From: Eggerthellaceae bacterium
Lineage (GTDB): Bacteria; Bacillota; Clostridia; Christensenellales; UBA1242
Length of the DNA: 64,000 nt
Assembly: GCA_963602685.1 (NCBI GenBank)
Contig: CAVCJG010000002.1
Location: 34,547-98,546, forward strand
Reading direction: 5' to 3'
The translations under genes were made by a program, and so were the position numbers. This document shows positions 1 through 8,838 of this stretch, piece by piece. Position 1 is the first letter of the stretch. The number at the start of each line of letters is the position of its first letter. The notes beneath the pieces were generated by a model. The model saw nothing but the letters and a program-made list of their open reading frames with translations. It was not told where the DNA came from and did not search any database.

Positions 1-555
1 AGAGTTCATTTAAAAATCGGCGGCGTTTATAATGTTGAAAATGCGTTGTTTGCAATCCGCGCCTGCGAAATGCTTGGAATAAATAAGTGTATGATAAAAC
101 TCGGACTAGAAAATTTTTGCGGTCTTGAAAAGCGTTTTGAACGCGTGAAAAGTCAGTCGGGATGTAAAACCTTTGTCGACTATGCTCACCATCCAAAAGA
201 AATTTCAAAAGCCTTTAATTCAATCAAAAAATTGGGCGGCAAAAACGTGGTTCTTTTTCAGCCGCACACCTATTCGCGCACAGCCGCTTTTATGGACGAT
301 TTCGTTAAGCAACTTTCAAAATTTGACGAGATAATATTGTTTAAAACTTACGCCGCTCGCGAAAAGGAGCAAACACAGGTTGAAATTGAGTTGGTTCAAA
401 AACTTTCCAAAACTGGCAAGAAAGTTATGCTGTTTTATGATTTAAATGCTTTAATCTCACGACTTCAAGGCATAAAAGATGGCAATTTAGTGATTTTAGG
501 GGCGGGAGATTTGCCCGAAATGCTGAAAGAGCGGAATTTTATTTGGAAAGATTGA
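1..555 (+). CDS. murC: UDP-N-acetylmuramate--L-alanine ligase, C-terminal part (5' end lies outside the window)
   Basis: Frame is open from the window edge. Motifs FVDYAHHPKEI and FQPHTYSRT are typical of the Mur ligase C-terminal domain. Confidence 0.8.
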   Translation, partial: RVHLKIGGVYNVENALFAIRACEMLGINKCMIKLGLENFCGLEKRFERVKSQSGCKTFVDYAHHPKEISKAFNSIKKLGGKNVVLFQPHTYSRTAAFMDDFVKQLSKFDEIILFKTYAAREKEQTQVEIELVQKLSKTGKKVMLFYDLNALISRLQGIKDGNLVILGAGDLPEMLKERNFIWKD

Positions 556-592
556 TGATTTTGTTGTATAGTAAAATATACGGGAGAAAGTT

Positions 593-1774
593 ATGCGAAC
601 TGTTACTACTACGGCAATGGGCGTGCGTGCACCAATCATCAGACCTGGCGACGACCTTGTAGAAATTGTTGCTGATTGCGTTATGGCAACTTGCGAAGAA
701 AAAAATATTGTTTTAAAAGATAAAGATATCATTACTGTCACCGAAGCGGTCGTGGCAAAAAGCCAAGGCAACTTTGCTACAATCGACGATATATGCGCTG
801 ATGTGAAAAAGCAGATGGGCAAAGGCACAGTCGGCCTTATTTTTCCGATTTTGTCGCGCAATCGTTTTTCTCAAATTTTGCGCGGAATTGTTGAAGGCGT
901 TGACAAACTTGTGATTCAACTTTCTTATCCATTTGACGAAGTTGGCAACCCACTTGTTTCAATCGACAAACTTTATGAACTTGGCATTCACAATTTCAGC
1001 CAAGCATTTTCGGCAAAACAATTTTATCAACTTGTTGGCAGTGTAGAGCACCCATTTACAGGCATTGACTACATAAAAACATATCTCGACATTTGCGGGG
1101 ATAAAGCCGAAGTAATTTTAAGCAACGACCCATGCGAAATTTTGAAATATACAAACAAAGTTATTTGCGCCGACATTCATTCGCGTTTTAGAAGCAAAAA
1201 ACTTTTGCTTGCGCACGGAGCAAAAAAGGTTATTTGCCTTGATGAAATCTTAAATAAAAAATCAAAAAAACATGGCTATCATCCTCAATTTGGCGTGCTT
1301 GGCTCGAATATGTCAAGTGAAGGGAAAATCAAATTGTTCCCACGCGATTGCCAACCTTTTGTAGACAAATTGCAAGCCGAATTTTTGAAAAGAACAGGCG
1401 CACACGTTGAATGCATGGTTTATGGGGACGGCGCATTCAAAGACCCTGTTGGTGGAATTTGGGAACTTGCCGATCCTGTTGTAAGCCCAGCATACACCGA
1501 CGGACTTACTGGCACTCCAAACGAAATCAAACTTAAATATGTAGCCGACAATCAAATCGCAAACTTAAACGGCGAAGAAGCGGTAAACAAAATGAAAGAA
1601 CTTATCCGCAAAAAAGACGGCAATCTTAAAAAGCAAAATGTATCGCTTGGAACTACACCAAGAAGAATAACCGACCTTGTGGGCTCGCTTTCTGACCTTG
1701 TCAGTGGAAGCGGTGATAAAGGAACGCCAATCGTGCTTATCACAGGTTATTTTGACAATTACGCATCAGAATAA
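593..1774 (+). CDS. CofE-like (F420-0:gamma-glutamyl ligase family) protein
   Basis: 393 aa. N-terminus ...GVRAPIIRPGDDLVEIV resembles the CofE-family N-terminus. SD GGGAGAAAG lies upstream of the ATG. Confidence 0.45.
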   Translation: MRTVTTTAMGVRAPIIRPGDDLVEIVADCVMATCEEKNIVLKDKDIITVTEAVVAKSQGNFATIDDICADVKKQMGKGTVGLIFPILSRNRFSQILRGIVEGVDKLVIQLSYPFDEVGNPLVSIDKLYELGIHNFSQAFSAKQFYQLVGSVEHPFTGIDYIKTYLDICGDKAEVILSNDPCEILKYTNKVICADIHSRFRSKKLLLAHGAKKVICLDEILNKKSKKHGYHPQFGVLGSNMSSEGKIKLFPRDCQPFVDKLQAEFLKRTGAHVECMVYGDGAFKDPVGGIWELADPVVSPAYTDGLTGTPNEIKLKYVADNQIANLNGEEAVNKMKELIRKKDGNLKKQNVSLGTTPRRITDLVGSLSDLVSGSGDKGTPIVLITGYFDNYASE

Positions 1775-1781
1775 AAAAATA

Positions 1782-1803
1782 AACCGCTAAATGCGGTTTT
1801 TTT
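1782..1803 (+). terminator. Intrinsic terminator
   Basis: Hairpin AACCGC-taaat-GCGGTT followed by a T-run, directly after the stop at 1774. Confidence 0.6.
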
Positions 1804-1829
1804 GATGTAATTTTGCAAAAAATACAAAT

Positions 1830-2045
1830 ATGTATTTTAATTATCATGCCAAAGCGAAATCGCTGATAAAAAGCGGCGAACTTGAATATGTTGAAATTAT
1901 GGACGACTATCATGGAATAAAACCCGCGATGGTGCTTTATTTTTCGTTGCATAAACCAATGCCCATTCGCCAAGAACATTGGGATGAATATTATAAATTG
2001 ATTGAACAGTTGGGGGATGCGCAAAATCAACAAGACAAATTTTAA
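1830..2045 (+). CDS. Small hypothetical protein (71 aa)
   Basis: ORF with its own downstream terminator. No family recognised. Confidence 0.4.
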   Translation: MYFNYHAKAKSLIKSGELEYVEIMDDYHGIKPAMVLYFSLHKPMPIRQEHWDEYYKLIEQLGDAQNQQDKF

Positions 2046-2057
2046 TAATATAAAAAA

Positions 2058-2080
2058 GCCTGGCGGTTGCCAGGTTTTAT
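2058..2080 (+). terminator. Intrinsic terminator
   Basis: Hairpin CCTGGC-ggtt-GCCAGG followed by TTTT. Confidence 0.6.
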
Positions 2081-2088
2081 TGATTGTA

Positions 2089-2163
2089 TGGTACTCCCTA
2101 GGGGAATCGAACCCCTGATTCCACCGTGAGAGGGTGGCGTCTTAACCGCTTGACCAAGGGAGC
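2089..2163 (-). tRNA. tRNA-Glu (anticodon CUC)
   Basis: The reverse complement folds as a cloverleaf. Anticodon arm is CCACC-CTCTCAC-GGTGG, T-loop is GGTTCGATTCC, and CCA is encoded. Confidence 0.9.
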
Positions 2164-2245
2164 TAATTGAGACTTTTATATTCTAGCAAATAAATAAAAA
2201 AATAGCAAGAGATTTTATAAAAAATAACCGCTTATAGGGCGGTCG

Positions 2246-2557
2246 TTATTTTTTAAGCATACTTGCTATTAAATCTTGAATCATGCTTTTGTCGCGTTTT
2301 GAAAGTTTTTTAAAATTGGCAAGCAAAAGATGTTCTTCACTTGAAAGTTCTTTTCCGCCATCATCAAAAAATTCAGACAAAGTTATGCCAAACGCATCGC
2401 ATATTTGTTCAAGCGAACTTATTGATGGAAAACTGTCTCTTGCAAACATATTTGTAAGCGTTGATTGAGTCATGCCTGCTTCTTCTGCAAGTTTGTAAAT
2501 TGACCAGCCACGTTGATTTTTTAATTGCTCTATTCTTTCTAATACATAATTCTTCAT
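2246..2557 (-). CDS. XRE-family helix-turn-helix transcriptional regulator
   Basis: 103 aa. The stretch WSIYKLAEEAGMTQSTLTNM...ICDAFGITLSEFF is a classic HTH_3 pattern. A terminator hairpin lies at about 2222-2250 on the minus strand. Confidence 0.8.
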   Translation of the reverse strand: MKNYVLERIEQLKNQRGWSIYKLAEEAGMTQSTLTNMFARDSFPSISSLEQICDAFGITLSEFFDDGGKELSSEEHLLLANFKKLSKRDKSMIQDLIASMLKK

Positions 2558-2574
2558 ACAAACATAATAATATA

Positions 2575-2633
2575 CAAATGTAAATTATTTAAAACCCAAA
2601 TGTATTGACATACAGTTTACAAATGTGTATTAT
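2575..2633 (+). promoter_or_regulatory. Promoter TTGACA-N17-TATTAT with three phased CAAATGT repeats
   Basis: -35 at 2605-2610 and -10 at 2628-2633. CAAATGT occurs at 2575-2581, 2597-2603 and 2620-2626, spaced 22-23 bp apart. Confidence 0.5.
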
Positions 2634-2666
2634 TGTAATATACAAAATAAACGTGGGAGAAAAAGA

Positions 2667-2903
2667 GTGAGAATTACGGGGATAGAAAAAGATTATGTAG
2701 TTGCTGTTGACGGGGCGTGGCGATGTTATACAATAAATAAAAAATATTTTTCATGGAAGCCACAGATTTTTGACGAGATAGAAGTTTTTGAAAAGAATGG
2801 CGAATACATGGTTTCAAAAATAGAAAAAGTCATTCCACAAAGACCGCACAGGGAAGGGGACATGACTATAGAAGAATGGTTGAAAATTACTTTAAATCAT
2901 TAA
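2667..2903 (+). CDS. Hypothetical protein (78 aa from the GTG start)
   Basis: The ORF-track ATG at 2625 lies inside the predicted promoter. GTG 2667 follows GGGAG. The 3' end overlaps the mazF stop convergently by 4 nt. Confidence 0.4.
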   Translation: MRITGIEKDYVVAVDGAWRCYTINKKYFSWKPQIFDEIEVFEKNGEYMVSKIEKVIPQRPHREGDMTIEEWLKITLNH

Positions 2904-3262
2904 CTTTTTTCGGCGAAACCAAGCGAAATTAAAATTGCGCGGTTGATTTCTTTCATTTTGTTGTCTTCAAGGCTTGTGATTTTTTCGCGAAGACGACGTT
3001 TGTCGAGTGTTCGAATTTGTTCTAAAAGTGCCACACTGTCTTTTGGCAGGTGGTATTTTTCTGATGGAAGTTCAATGTGCGTTGGCAACTTTGCTTTGTC
3101 AAGGCGGCTTGTGATGGCTGAGACGATTACGGTTGGCGAAAAACGATTTCCAACGTTGTTTTGAATGATTAAAACTGGCCTTACGCCTCCCTGTTCGCTT
3201 CCCACAACAGGGCTAAGATCAGCCATATAAATTTCTCCACGTCTAACGTTAAGTTCTTCCAT
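2900..3262 (-). CDS. mazF: MazF/PemK-family endoribonuclease toxin
   Basis: 120 aa. [30 protein letters not shown]...[10 protein letters not shown] matches the MazF/EndoA signature. Confidence 0.85.
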   Translation of the reverse strand: MEELNVRRGEIYMADLSPVVGSEQGGVRPVLIIQNNVGNRFSPTVIVSAITSRLDKAKLPTHIELPSEKYHLPKDSVALLEQIRTLDKRRLREKITSLEDNKMKEINRAILISLGFAEKS

Positions 3263-3485
3263 CGCTCCTCATAAGGTCGATTAGATCTGCCATTTCAAGT
3301 TCGGCTAGTTCGCGTCTGACTGAAGCGGGCAGCAAAAAATCTTCCTTTTTTAGCAGTTTATGCTGGTTGGGCTTAATTGTTGCATCGCAAGCAATATTCG
3401 CCACATCGCCATATTTTTCTTCAAATTCTTTTACTGTGCGAATAAGATTCTTGCAAAAATTTTCTTTATCGCTCATGTTATTCAC
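3249..3485 (-). CDS. Putative cognate antitoxin (unrecognised fold)
   Basis: 78 aa. It sits immediately upstream of mazF and overlaps it by 14 nt. I see no RHH or AbrB N-terminal motif. Confidence 0.5.
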   Translation of the reverse strand: MNNMSDKENFCKNLIRTVKEFEEKYGDVANIACDATIKPNQHKLLKKEDFLLPASVRRELAELEMADLIDLMRSDGRT

Positions 3486-3507
3486 CTCTTTTTTGCCGTT
3501 TATTCAA

Positions 3508-3629
3508 GTTTAGATTGAGAATTTTGGCGGATTATATGCACAAGCGAAATGCGAAGAAAGTAGAAAATTGTAAAAAACATTAGACAAAAATTGTCTAAGC
3601 GGCTAAAATTAGTTAAAAATAATCTAAAC
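3508..3629. promoter_or_regulatory. Divergent control region with inverted repeats
   Basis: GTTTAGATT (3508-3516) and AATCTAAAC (3621-3629) form a perfect 9-bp inverted repeat. The palindrome TTAGACA-aaaat-TGTCTAA lies at 3580-3598. Confidence 0.35.
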
Positions 3630-3637
3630 TGCATTGT

Positions 3638-3850
3638 ATGGAAACTATCAATTTTAACGAACGACTAAAAGAACTCAGACAAGAAGTGGGGCTTACACAA
3701 ACTGCTCTCGCTTCTGAAATTGGCGCAACTCAAAGACAGGTTAGTTTTTGGGAAAAGGGGCAAATTGAACCCAATATTTTTTGGCTGAATGCTCTGGCTG
3801 ATTTCTTTAATGTATCAGTAGATTATTTAATAGGAAGAGTTAAAGACTAA
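3638..3850 (+). CDS. XRE-family HTH regulator (70 aa)
   Basis: LKELRQEVGLTQTALASEIGATQRQVSFWEKG is an HTH_3 pattern. Confidence 0.75.
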   Translation: METINFNERLKELRQEVGLTQTALASEIGATQRQVSFWEKGQIEPNIFWLNALADFFNVSVDYLIGRVKD

Positions 3851-3867
3851 TTTTTTAGGCGAGTGGC

Positions 3868-5883
3868 ATGTTTGCAAAAGAGAGAGCAAAAATTAAAATA
3901 AATTTTCGACCCTTAGTGGTCGTATTTTTAAGTCTAATGTTTGGCATTGTCTCTGCAAGAAAACTTTACAGCGGAGATGGTGTTTATATTGCGCTTACTG
4001 CAATCGTGCTTGTTGCAACTGCGGCATATTGCATAGCAAAGAAGAAGTATGTGCCTATTTTGCTTGTTGTCATATTCTGTTTTGGTGGGCATGGCTTGTA
4101 TTTTGCTTCGCTTTCGCACTTTATGGGCAAGGAATATTCTGATGCAACAATCAGCGCTCGTGTTTGTGAAATTGATTGCAATGACGATTATACATATTTG
4201 CGTCTTGAGAATATCGTCGCGGATGGCGATAAGGTAAGTGGCGCAATAATTTATGTTCGCGGTGCAGAAGAAGGTGACTTTTCGGTTGGTGACAGCATAG
4301 TTTGCACTGGCGATCTTAGTCATGTAAAGTTGTTTGAAGTTGGCAAATTTTATTCTACTTATTATCGCAACAAGGTTGCATACAAAATGAATGCCGACAT
4401 TTCTACTTTCACGATTGTAAAAGGCAATCCACATTTGGACGAAAGTGCGCGTGCCAAAATCAAGGAAGTTCTGCTAGAAAACATGAGTGAGAAAACAGCG
4501 GGCGTCGCTTATGCTGTTTTGACTGGTGGCAAAGATGAAATCGACAGCGACGTCAACGATGTTTATCGCTCTGCCGGCATTGTGCATTTGATTACTGTTT
4601 CAGGTTTACATATCACTTTCTTGTCAGGCTTGATTGCTTGGATTTTAAAGAAATTGCGTGTCAACAGATTTGTAAATTTTTCGGTTATCACGATTATTTT
4701 GCTGCTTTACAGTTATATCTGCGGATTTGCTCCGTCGGTTGTAAGAGCAACAATCATGGGAATTTGTTTTAATTTGTCGCTTGTGTTTGGAAGAGAATAT
4801 GACGGGCTGAATTCGCTTTCGCTCGCCGGAATTTTGACGCTGCTCATTTCTCCGCTGACGGCTTATGACGTCGGCTTTCAAATGAGTTATGCTTGCGTTG
4901 GTGCGATATTGCTTATCGCAAGACCAATTTCTGAATTGTTTAGAAAGTTTCTTCCAAGATCGGTTGCTGGAACGTTGGCCGTTTCAGTTGCTGCGCAAAT
5001 TGGAGTGCTTCCATTCTTGGCAAGTTTCTTTTCGACTTTCAATTTGCTGAGCGTGTTTGCAAATTTATTGATCATTCCTTTCTTTAGTGTGCTGTTTCCG
5101 CTGCTTGTTGTGCTTATGGTTGTCGCGTTGATAATTCCTCCGATCGCTCCGATTTTGAAAGTGGGCGAGTGGGGATTTACTGCGATTGAATATGTCGCAC
5201 GCTTCTTTGCTGGCACAAACGCAAAAATAAATTTGATTCCTTTTGACGCGATTGTGACAACTTTGATTTTCGCGGCGACTGTGATTTTCAGTTATTATGT
5301 TTTGACAAACGCACGCATGAAGTGGATTATCGTTGCGGCGATTACTCTGATGATGGGCACATACATGATGATCCGTCCAAATCTTTATTCGGACAGCGCG
5401 AGCGTTGGCATTTATGAAAATCGCGCTTCTACTTCGCTTGTTTTGAAAACCGAGTCGGGTGAAGTGCTGGTTGTTGGCTTTGATGGAAGCAACACAAAAT
5501 ATTATCTTTCCGCCATTGGCGAAAGCAAAGTTGATTATGTGATTAGCCCTGTTGATTATCTAAGCGACTATTATGGCGCTAAGGTTTTGTTAGACAGCGA
5601 AGGCTTTGCCGGCTCGATTAAATACAGCATTGACAGCGGAATTTATACTTTTGAGTTTGACGGGCATAAAATTCTCTTTACAAATTTGTCAAAATCAGGC
5701 TATAATTGTTCTAGGATAGAACAAGTTTTGTCCAGCGACAAATATGATTTTGTGTATGCAAAAAACTATGATGTAACTGGCGATTATTTTCTAGCCAACA
5801 GCCTAAGCAGTGGCGATTATTCGCTGAGCAGCGGAAGTTTTAATTTTGACTTAGCAAACAAAAGAGTTAGGAGCATAGATTGA
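3868..5883 (+). CDS. comEC: ComEC/Rec2 DNA internalisation channel protein with a degenerate C-terminal MBL-like domain
   Basis: 671 aa and multi-TM. The competence-domain stretch is GIVHLITVSGLHITFL. The position upstream of holA matches the Firmicutes comEC-holA synteny. Confidence 0.8.
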   Translation: MFAKERAKIKINFRPLVVVFLSLMFGIVSARKLYSGDGVYIALTAIVLVATAAYCIAKKKYVPILLVVIFCFGGHGLYFASLSHFMGKEYSDATISARVCEIDCNDDYTYLRLENIVADGDKVSGAIIYVRGAEEGDFSVGDSIVCTGDLSHVKLFEVGKFYSTYYRNKVAYKMNADISTFTIVKGNPHLDESARAKIKEVLLENMSEKTAGVAYAVLTGGKDEIDSDVNDVYRSAGIVHLITVSGLHITFLSGLIAWILKKLRVNRFVNFSVITIILLLYSYICGFAPSVVRATIMGICFNLSLVFGREYDGLNSLSLAGILTLLISPLTAYDVGFQMSYACVGAILLIARPISELFRKFLPRSVAGTLAVSVAAQIGVLPFLASFFSTFNLLSVFANLLIIPFFSVLFPLLVVLMVVALIIPPIAPILKVGEWGFTAIEYVARFFAGTNAKINLIPFDAIVTTLIFAATVIFSYYVLTNARMKWIIVAAITLMMGTYMMIRPNLYSDSASVGIYENRASTSLVLKTESGEVLVVGFDGSNTKYYLSAIGESKVDYVISPVDYLSDYYGAKVLLDSEGFAGSIKYSIDSGIYTFEFDGHKILFTNLSKSGYNCSRIEQVLSSDKYDFVYAKNYDVTGDYFLANSLSSGDYSLSSGSFNFDLANKRVRSID

Positions 5884-6821
5884 AAACATTAAAAAAGCGT
5901 TTATCTGAAGGGCTTGCAAGAGTTTATGTCGTTGAAGGTGATGACTATTATCTTTTCGACAAAGCCTTTTTAATGATAAAAAACGCCTGTGGCATAACTC
6001 TCGACGATTTCAACGTTAATGTTTTTGACGAAGAGAGTTTTTCGACCGACAAATTGTTTGCTGCAACCGAACTTTTGCCAATAATTGATGAAAAACGCTT
6101 GGTTGTCATTAAAGGCGGCAAACTTAGTGAAGGCGATAAAAAACGCACAACCGAAATTCTGCTCCACATTCCAAAAACAACTGTTGTTGTAGTCTTGGAT
6201 TACAACAAAAACTTTGAATTTTTGAAAAAAGATTTTGTGCTTGTCGATGCAAATCGAATGGACAAAGAGTTAGTTAAAAAACTCATCACGGCATATCTTG
6301 CAAGAATAAGCAAAAAGATTGATGCCGACGCAATGGACGAACTTATTGAAAGTTGCAATGGCTATTTGACCAGAATAATGAACGAACTCAACAAACTTGT
6401 TTGCTTTGACCTTGACAGTGAAAACATAACAAAAGAAAGCGTCGACAAACTTGTCAATAAAGATATTGAGTTTTCGGTTTTCGAACTCACCGAAGCCCTT
6501 TCAAAAAAAGATGGCGACAAAGCGATAAGATTGCTTAAACTTATGGAAAAAGACCAAGGCGTGTTTGCGCTTATTTCAAATCAGTTTAGAAGACTGTTTT
6601 ATGCGTCAATTTCTGACCTTACAAACGCCGAACTTGCCGGGCTTTTAGGCGTAAAAGAGTTTGCTATCATGAAAGCACGACAACTTGCAAAAGGTTTTTC
6701 AAAAGCGCAACTTAAAAAGATTTGTTCGCTGCTTGAAGAAATGGACTATGCTGTTAAATCTGGGGCAATGTTGCAAACAAACGCGCTTTATTTGCTGGTT
6801 TTCAACATTTTGTATGTGTAA
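5880..6821 (+). CDS. holA: DNA polymerase III delta subunit
   Basis: 313 aa. The TTG start overlaps the comEC stop. Size, delta-like N-terminus (VYVVEGDDYYL) and synteny with comEC support the call. Confidence 0.7.
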   Translation: MKTLKKRLSEGLARVYVVEGDDYYLFDKAFLMIKNACGITLDDFNVNVFDEESFSTDKLFAATELLPIIDEKRLVVIKGGKLSEGDKKRTTEILLHIPKTTVVVVLDYNKNFEFLKKDFVLVDANRMDKELVKKLITAYLARISKKIDADAMDELIESCNGYLTRIMNELNKLVCFDLDSENITKESVDKLVNKDIEFSVFELTEALSKKDGDKAIRLLKLMEKDQGVFALISNQFRRLFYASISDLTNAELAGLLGVKEFAIMKARQLAKGFSKAQLKKICSLLEEMDYAVKSGAMLQTNALYLLVFNILYV

Positions 6822-6845
6822 CATAATTTAATAAAAGGAAATAAT

Positions 6846-7676
6846 ATGTCTATGTTTAAACGACGACCAAAAATTGGTATCGCATTTGGCGGTGGTGGAG
6901 CGCGCGGCTTCACTCATATTGGCGTGATAAAAGCACTTGAAGAATATGGCTTAAAGTTTGACTATGTTGCGGGCACAAGCGTTGGAAGCATGGTTGGCGC
7001 GGCATATGCGGCAGGCAAGACCTGGGAAGAAATTTACAACATCGCCAAAGACATAAAAATCAAAGATATTCGCACAAGCAAAATTCCGCTTTTGCCATCA
7101 AAAACGGACGGCATCGAAAAGGTGATGAAAGACTTTTTAGGCGACATCAACATCGAAGATTTGCCAACGCCTTTCTCGGCGGTTGCCGTTGATATTAAAT
7201 CTACAAAAGAAATCTGCATTTCGCATGGGAATCTTGCAAAAGCGGTGGCGGGTTCGTGCTGCGTTCCCGGCATATTTATTCCTGTCGAATTTGATGATAT
7301 GCTGCTTTGCGACGGCGGACTGCAAAACACAATTCCGTCAGATATTCCAAAGCATTTTGGATGCGACTATGTTGTTTGCGTTGACTGCAACAAATCTCGA
7401 ACCTATGGCACTGAGTCGTCAAAGGTTTTTGATGTTGTCACTTGCGCAATTCGAATTTTGATGAAATCAAACGCCGTAAAGGGCTATTATGCCGCCGACG
7501 TTGTTATCGCGCCGGAAACAAAACGCTTTAAATCAACCAAAACTAGGGGCTTTGAAGAGATGATTGATGAAGGCTATAAAGCGACCATTGATTGCATGCC
7601 AGATATCATGAACGTTTTTAAAAGGGGAAAACCATTTTTTAAGAAAAAATTTGAAAGTGAGATAGAGTTTAGATGA
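6846..7676 (+). CDS. Patatin-like phospholipase
   Basis: GIAFGGGGARGFTHIGV (oxyanion GGGxRG), the GTSVGS nucleophile elbow and a DGG motif are present. Confidence 0.85.
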   Translation: MSMFKRRPKIGIAFGGGGARGFTHIGVIKALEEYGLKFDYVAGTSVGSMVGAAYAAGKTWEEIYNIAKDIKIKDIRTSKIPLLPSKTDGIEKVMKDFLGDINIEDLPTPFSAVAVDIKSTKEICISHGNLAKAVAGSCCVPGIFIPVEFDDMLLCDGGLQNTIPSDIPKHFGCDYVVCVDCNKSRTYGTESSKVFDVVTCAIRILMKSNAVKGYYAADVVIAPETKRFKSTKTRGFEEMIDEGYKATIDCMPDIMNVFKRGKPFFKKKFESEIEFR

Positions 7677-8803
7677 AAACAGCAAAAAGTCTTAAACGAA
7701 AGTTGTCACATTTTTCAAAAGTGTCACTGATAGTTAGAATAATTATCAGTGTTTTTCTAATTGCGGCTATCGCACTGACAATTTTGTATAAAGAAGAAAT
7801 TTCTAAAAAGGTTTACAACTGGAGCGGCGAAACTTCAATCGAAAACGCTGATTTTGAAGTGCATTTTATTGACGTAGGTCAAGGTGATTCGACTTTGATT
7901 AAACTTGACGACGGCAAAAATATGCTTGTAGATTGCGGGCCAAAGACATCACGCGACAAACTTGTAAATTATTTAAACGACCAAAAGGTTGAAACTATTG
8001 ACTACTTCTTATTAACTCACGCAGACTCCGATCATGTTGGCGGAGGGAAGGCGGTTTTTGAAAATTTTGACATCAAAAACTTTTATCGTCCTATGATGAG
8101 ATCTTCGTCAGAAACGACTCCCGCCGAATATCCATCGCACGACACAGCAACCTATAATGACGTGATTGTCGCTTATCAAAACGAAGAAGGCGCAAATATG
8201 TTTTACAACAGCGACGCGATAAACATAACCGGTGAAAACTATTCAATCAAATTGCTTTATCCCGATGCTGTTTACACTGAAAACAATGATACGTCGGCAG
8301 TTATCATGGCTGACCTTGGCGGAAAGAAATTTTTGCTTATGGGCGATGCTGAAATTAAAGTCGAAAACAAACTTGCAGACAAATTTTCGTCCCAGCTAAA
8401 ATGCGACGTAATTAAAATCGGCCATCATGGAGCAAAGACTTCGACTGGCGAAAAATTGCTTAGCGTGGCAAAACCTACATATGCCGCAATCAGTGTCGGC
8501 AAAAATAATTACGGTCATCCAACGCAAGAAGCACTGACAAATCTTAAAAATTACAACGTTCAATATTTCACAACTATGGAATGTGGAAGTTTAGTTTTTG
8601 ACGTCAAAGATGAAAAGCTTGTTTGCAGCGCAGGCGGCGGCAAGATGATTGATTATGCTTTGATTTGTTCAATTTTGGGAGCGGCACTTCTTTTGTGTTG
8701 GGGCGTCCCAGATTTTTGGCGCAAAAAAGCAAAAACGCAAAACGAAACAAATTCAGGCGAAAATACTTCGACAAAAAAGAAATTAAAAAATAGTCGTAAA
8801 TAA
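7673..8803 (+). CDS. Membrane-anchored MBL-fold hydrolase of the ComEC C-terminal-domain type
   Basis: N-terminal TM helix. HFIDVGQGDSTLI...LVDCG...LLTHADSDHVGGG is the intact ComEC-type metallo-beta-lactamase motif set. ATGA overlap with the patatin gene. Confidence 0.8.
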   Translation: MKTAKSLKRKLSHFSKVSLIVRIIISVFLIAAIALTILYKEEISKKVYNWSGETSIENADFEVHFIDVGQGDSTLIKLDDGKNMLVDCGPKTSRDKLVNYLNDQKVETIDYFLLTHADSDHVGGGKAVFENFDIKNFYRPMMRSSSETTPAEYPSHDTATYNDVIVAYQNEEGANMFYNSDAINITGENYSIKLLYPDAVYTENNDTSAVIMADLGGKKFLLMGDAEIKVENKLADKFSSQLKCDVIKIGHHGAKTSTGEKLLSVAKPTYAAISVGKNNYGHPTQEALTNLKNYNVQYFTTMECGSLVFDVKDEKLVCSAGGGKMIDYALICSILGAALLLCWGVPDFWRKKAKTQNETNSGENTSTKKKLKNSRK

Positions 8804-8804
8804 T

Positions 8805-8832
8805 TTGGTATTAAATTAAATTATGCTAAAAT
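8805..8832 (+). promoter_or_regulatory. Promoter TTGGTA-N16-TGcTAAAAT placed 6 nt from the ATG (leaderless geometry)
   Basis: -35 at 8805-8810 and extended -10 at 8824-8832. ATG at 8839 has no SD. Confidence 0.45.
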
Positions 8833-8838
8833 AAAAAT

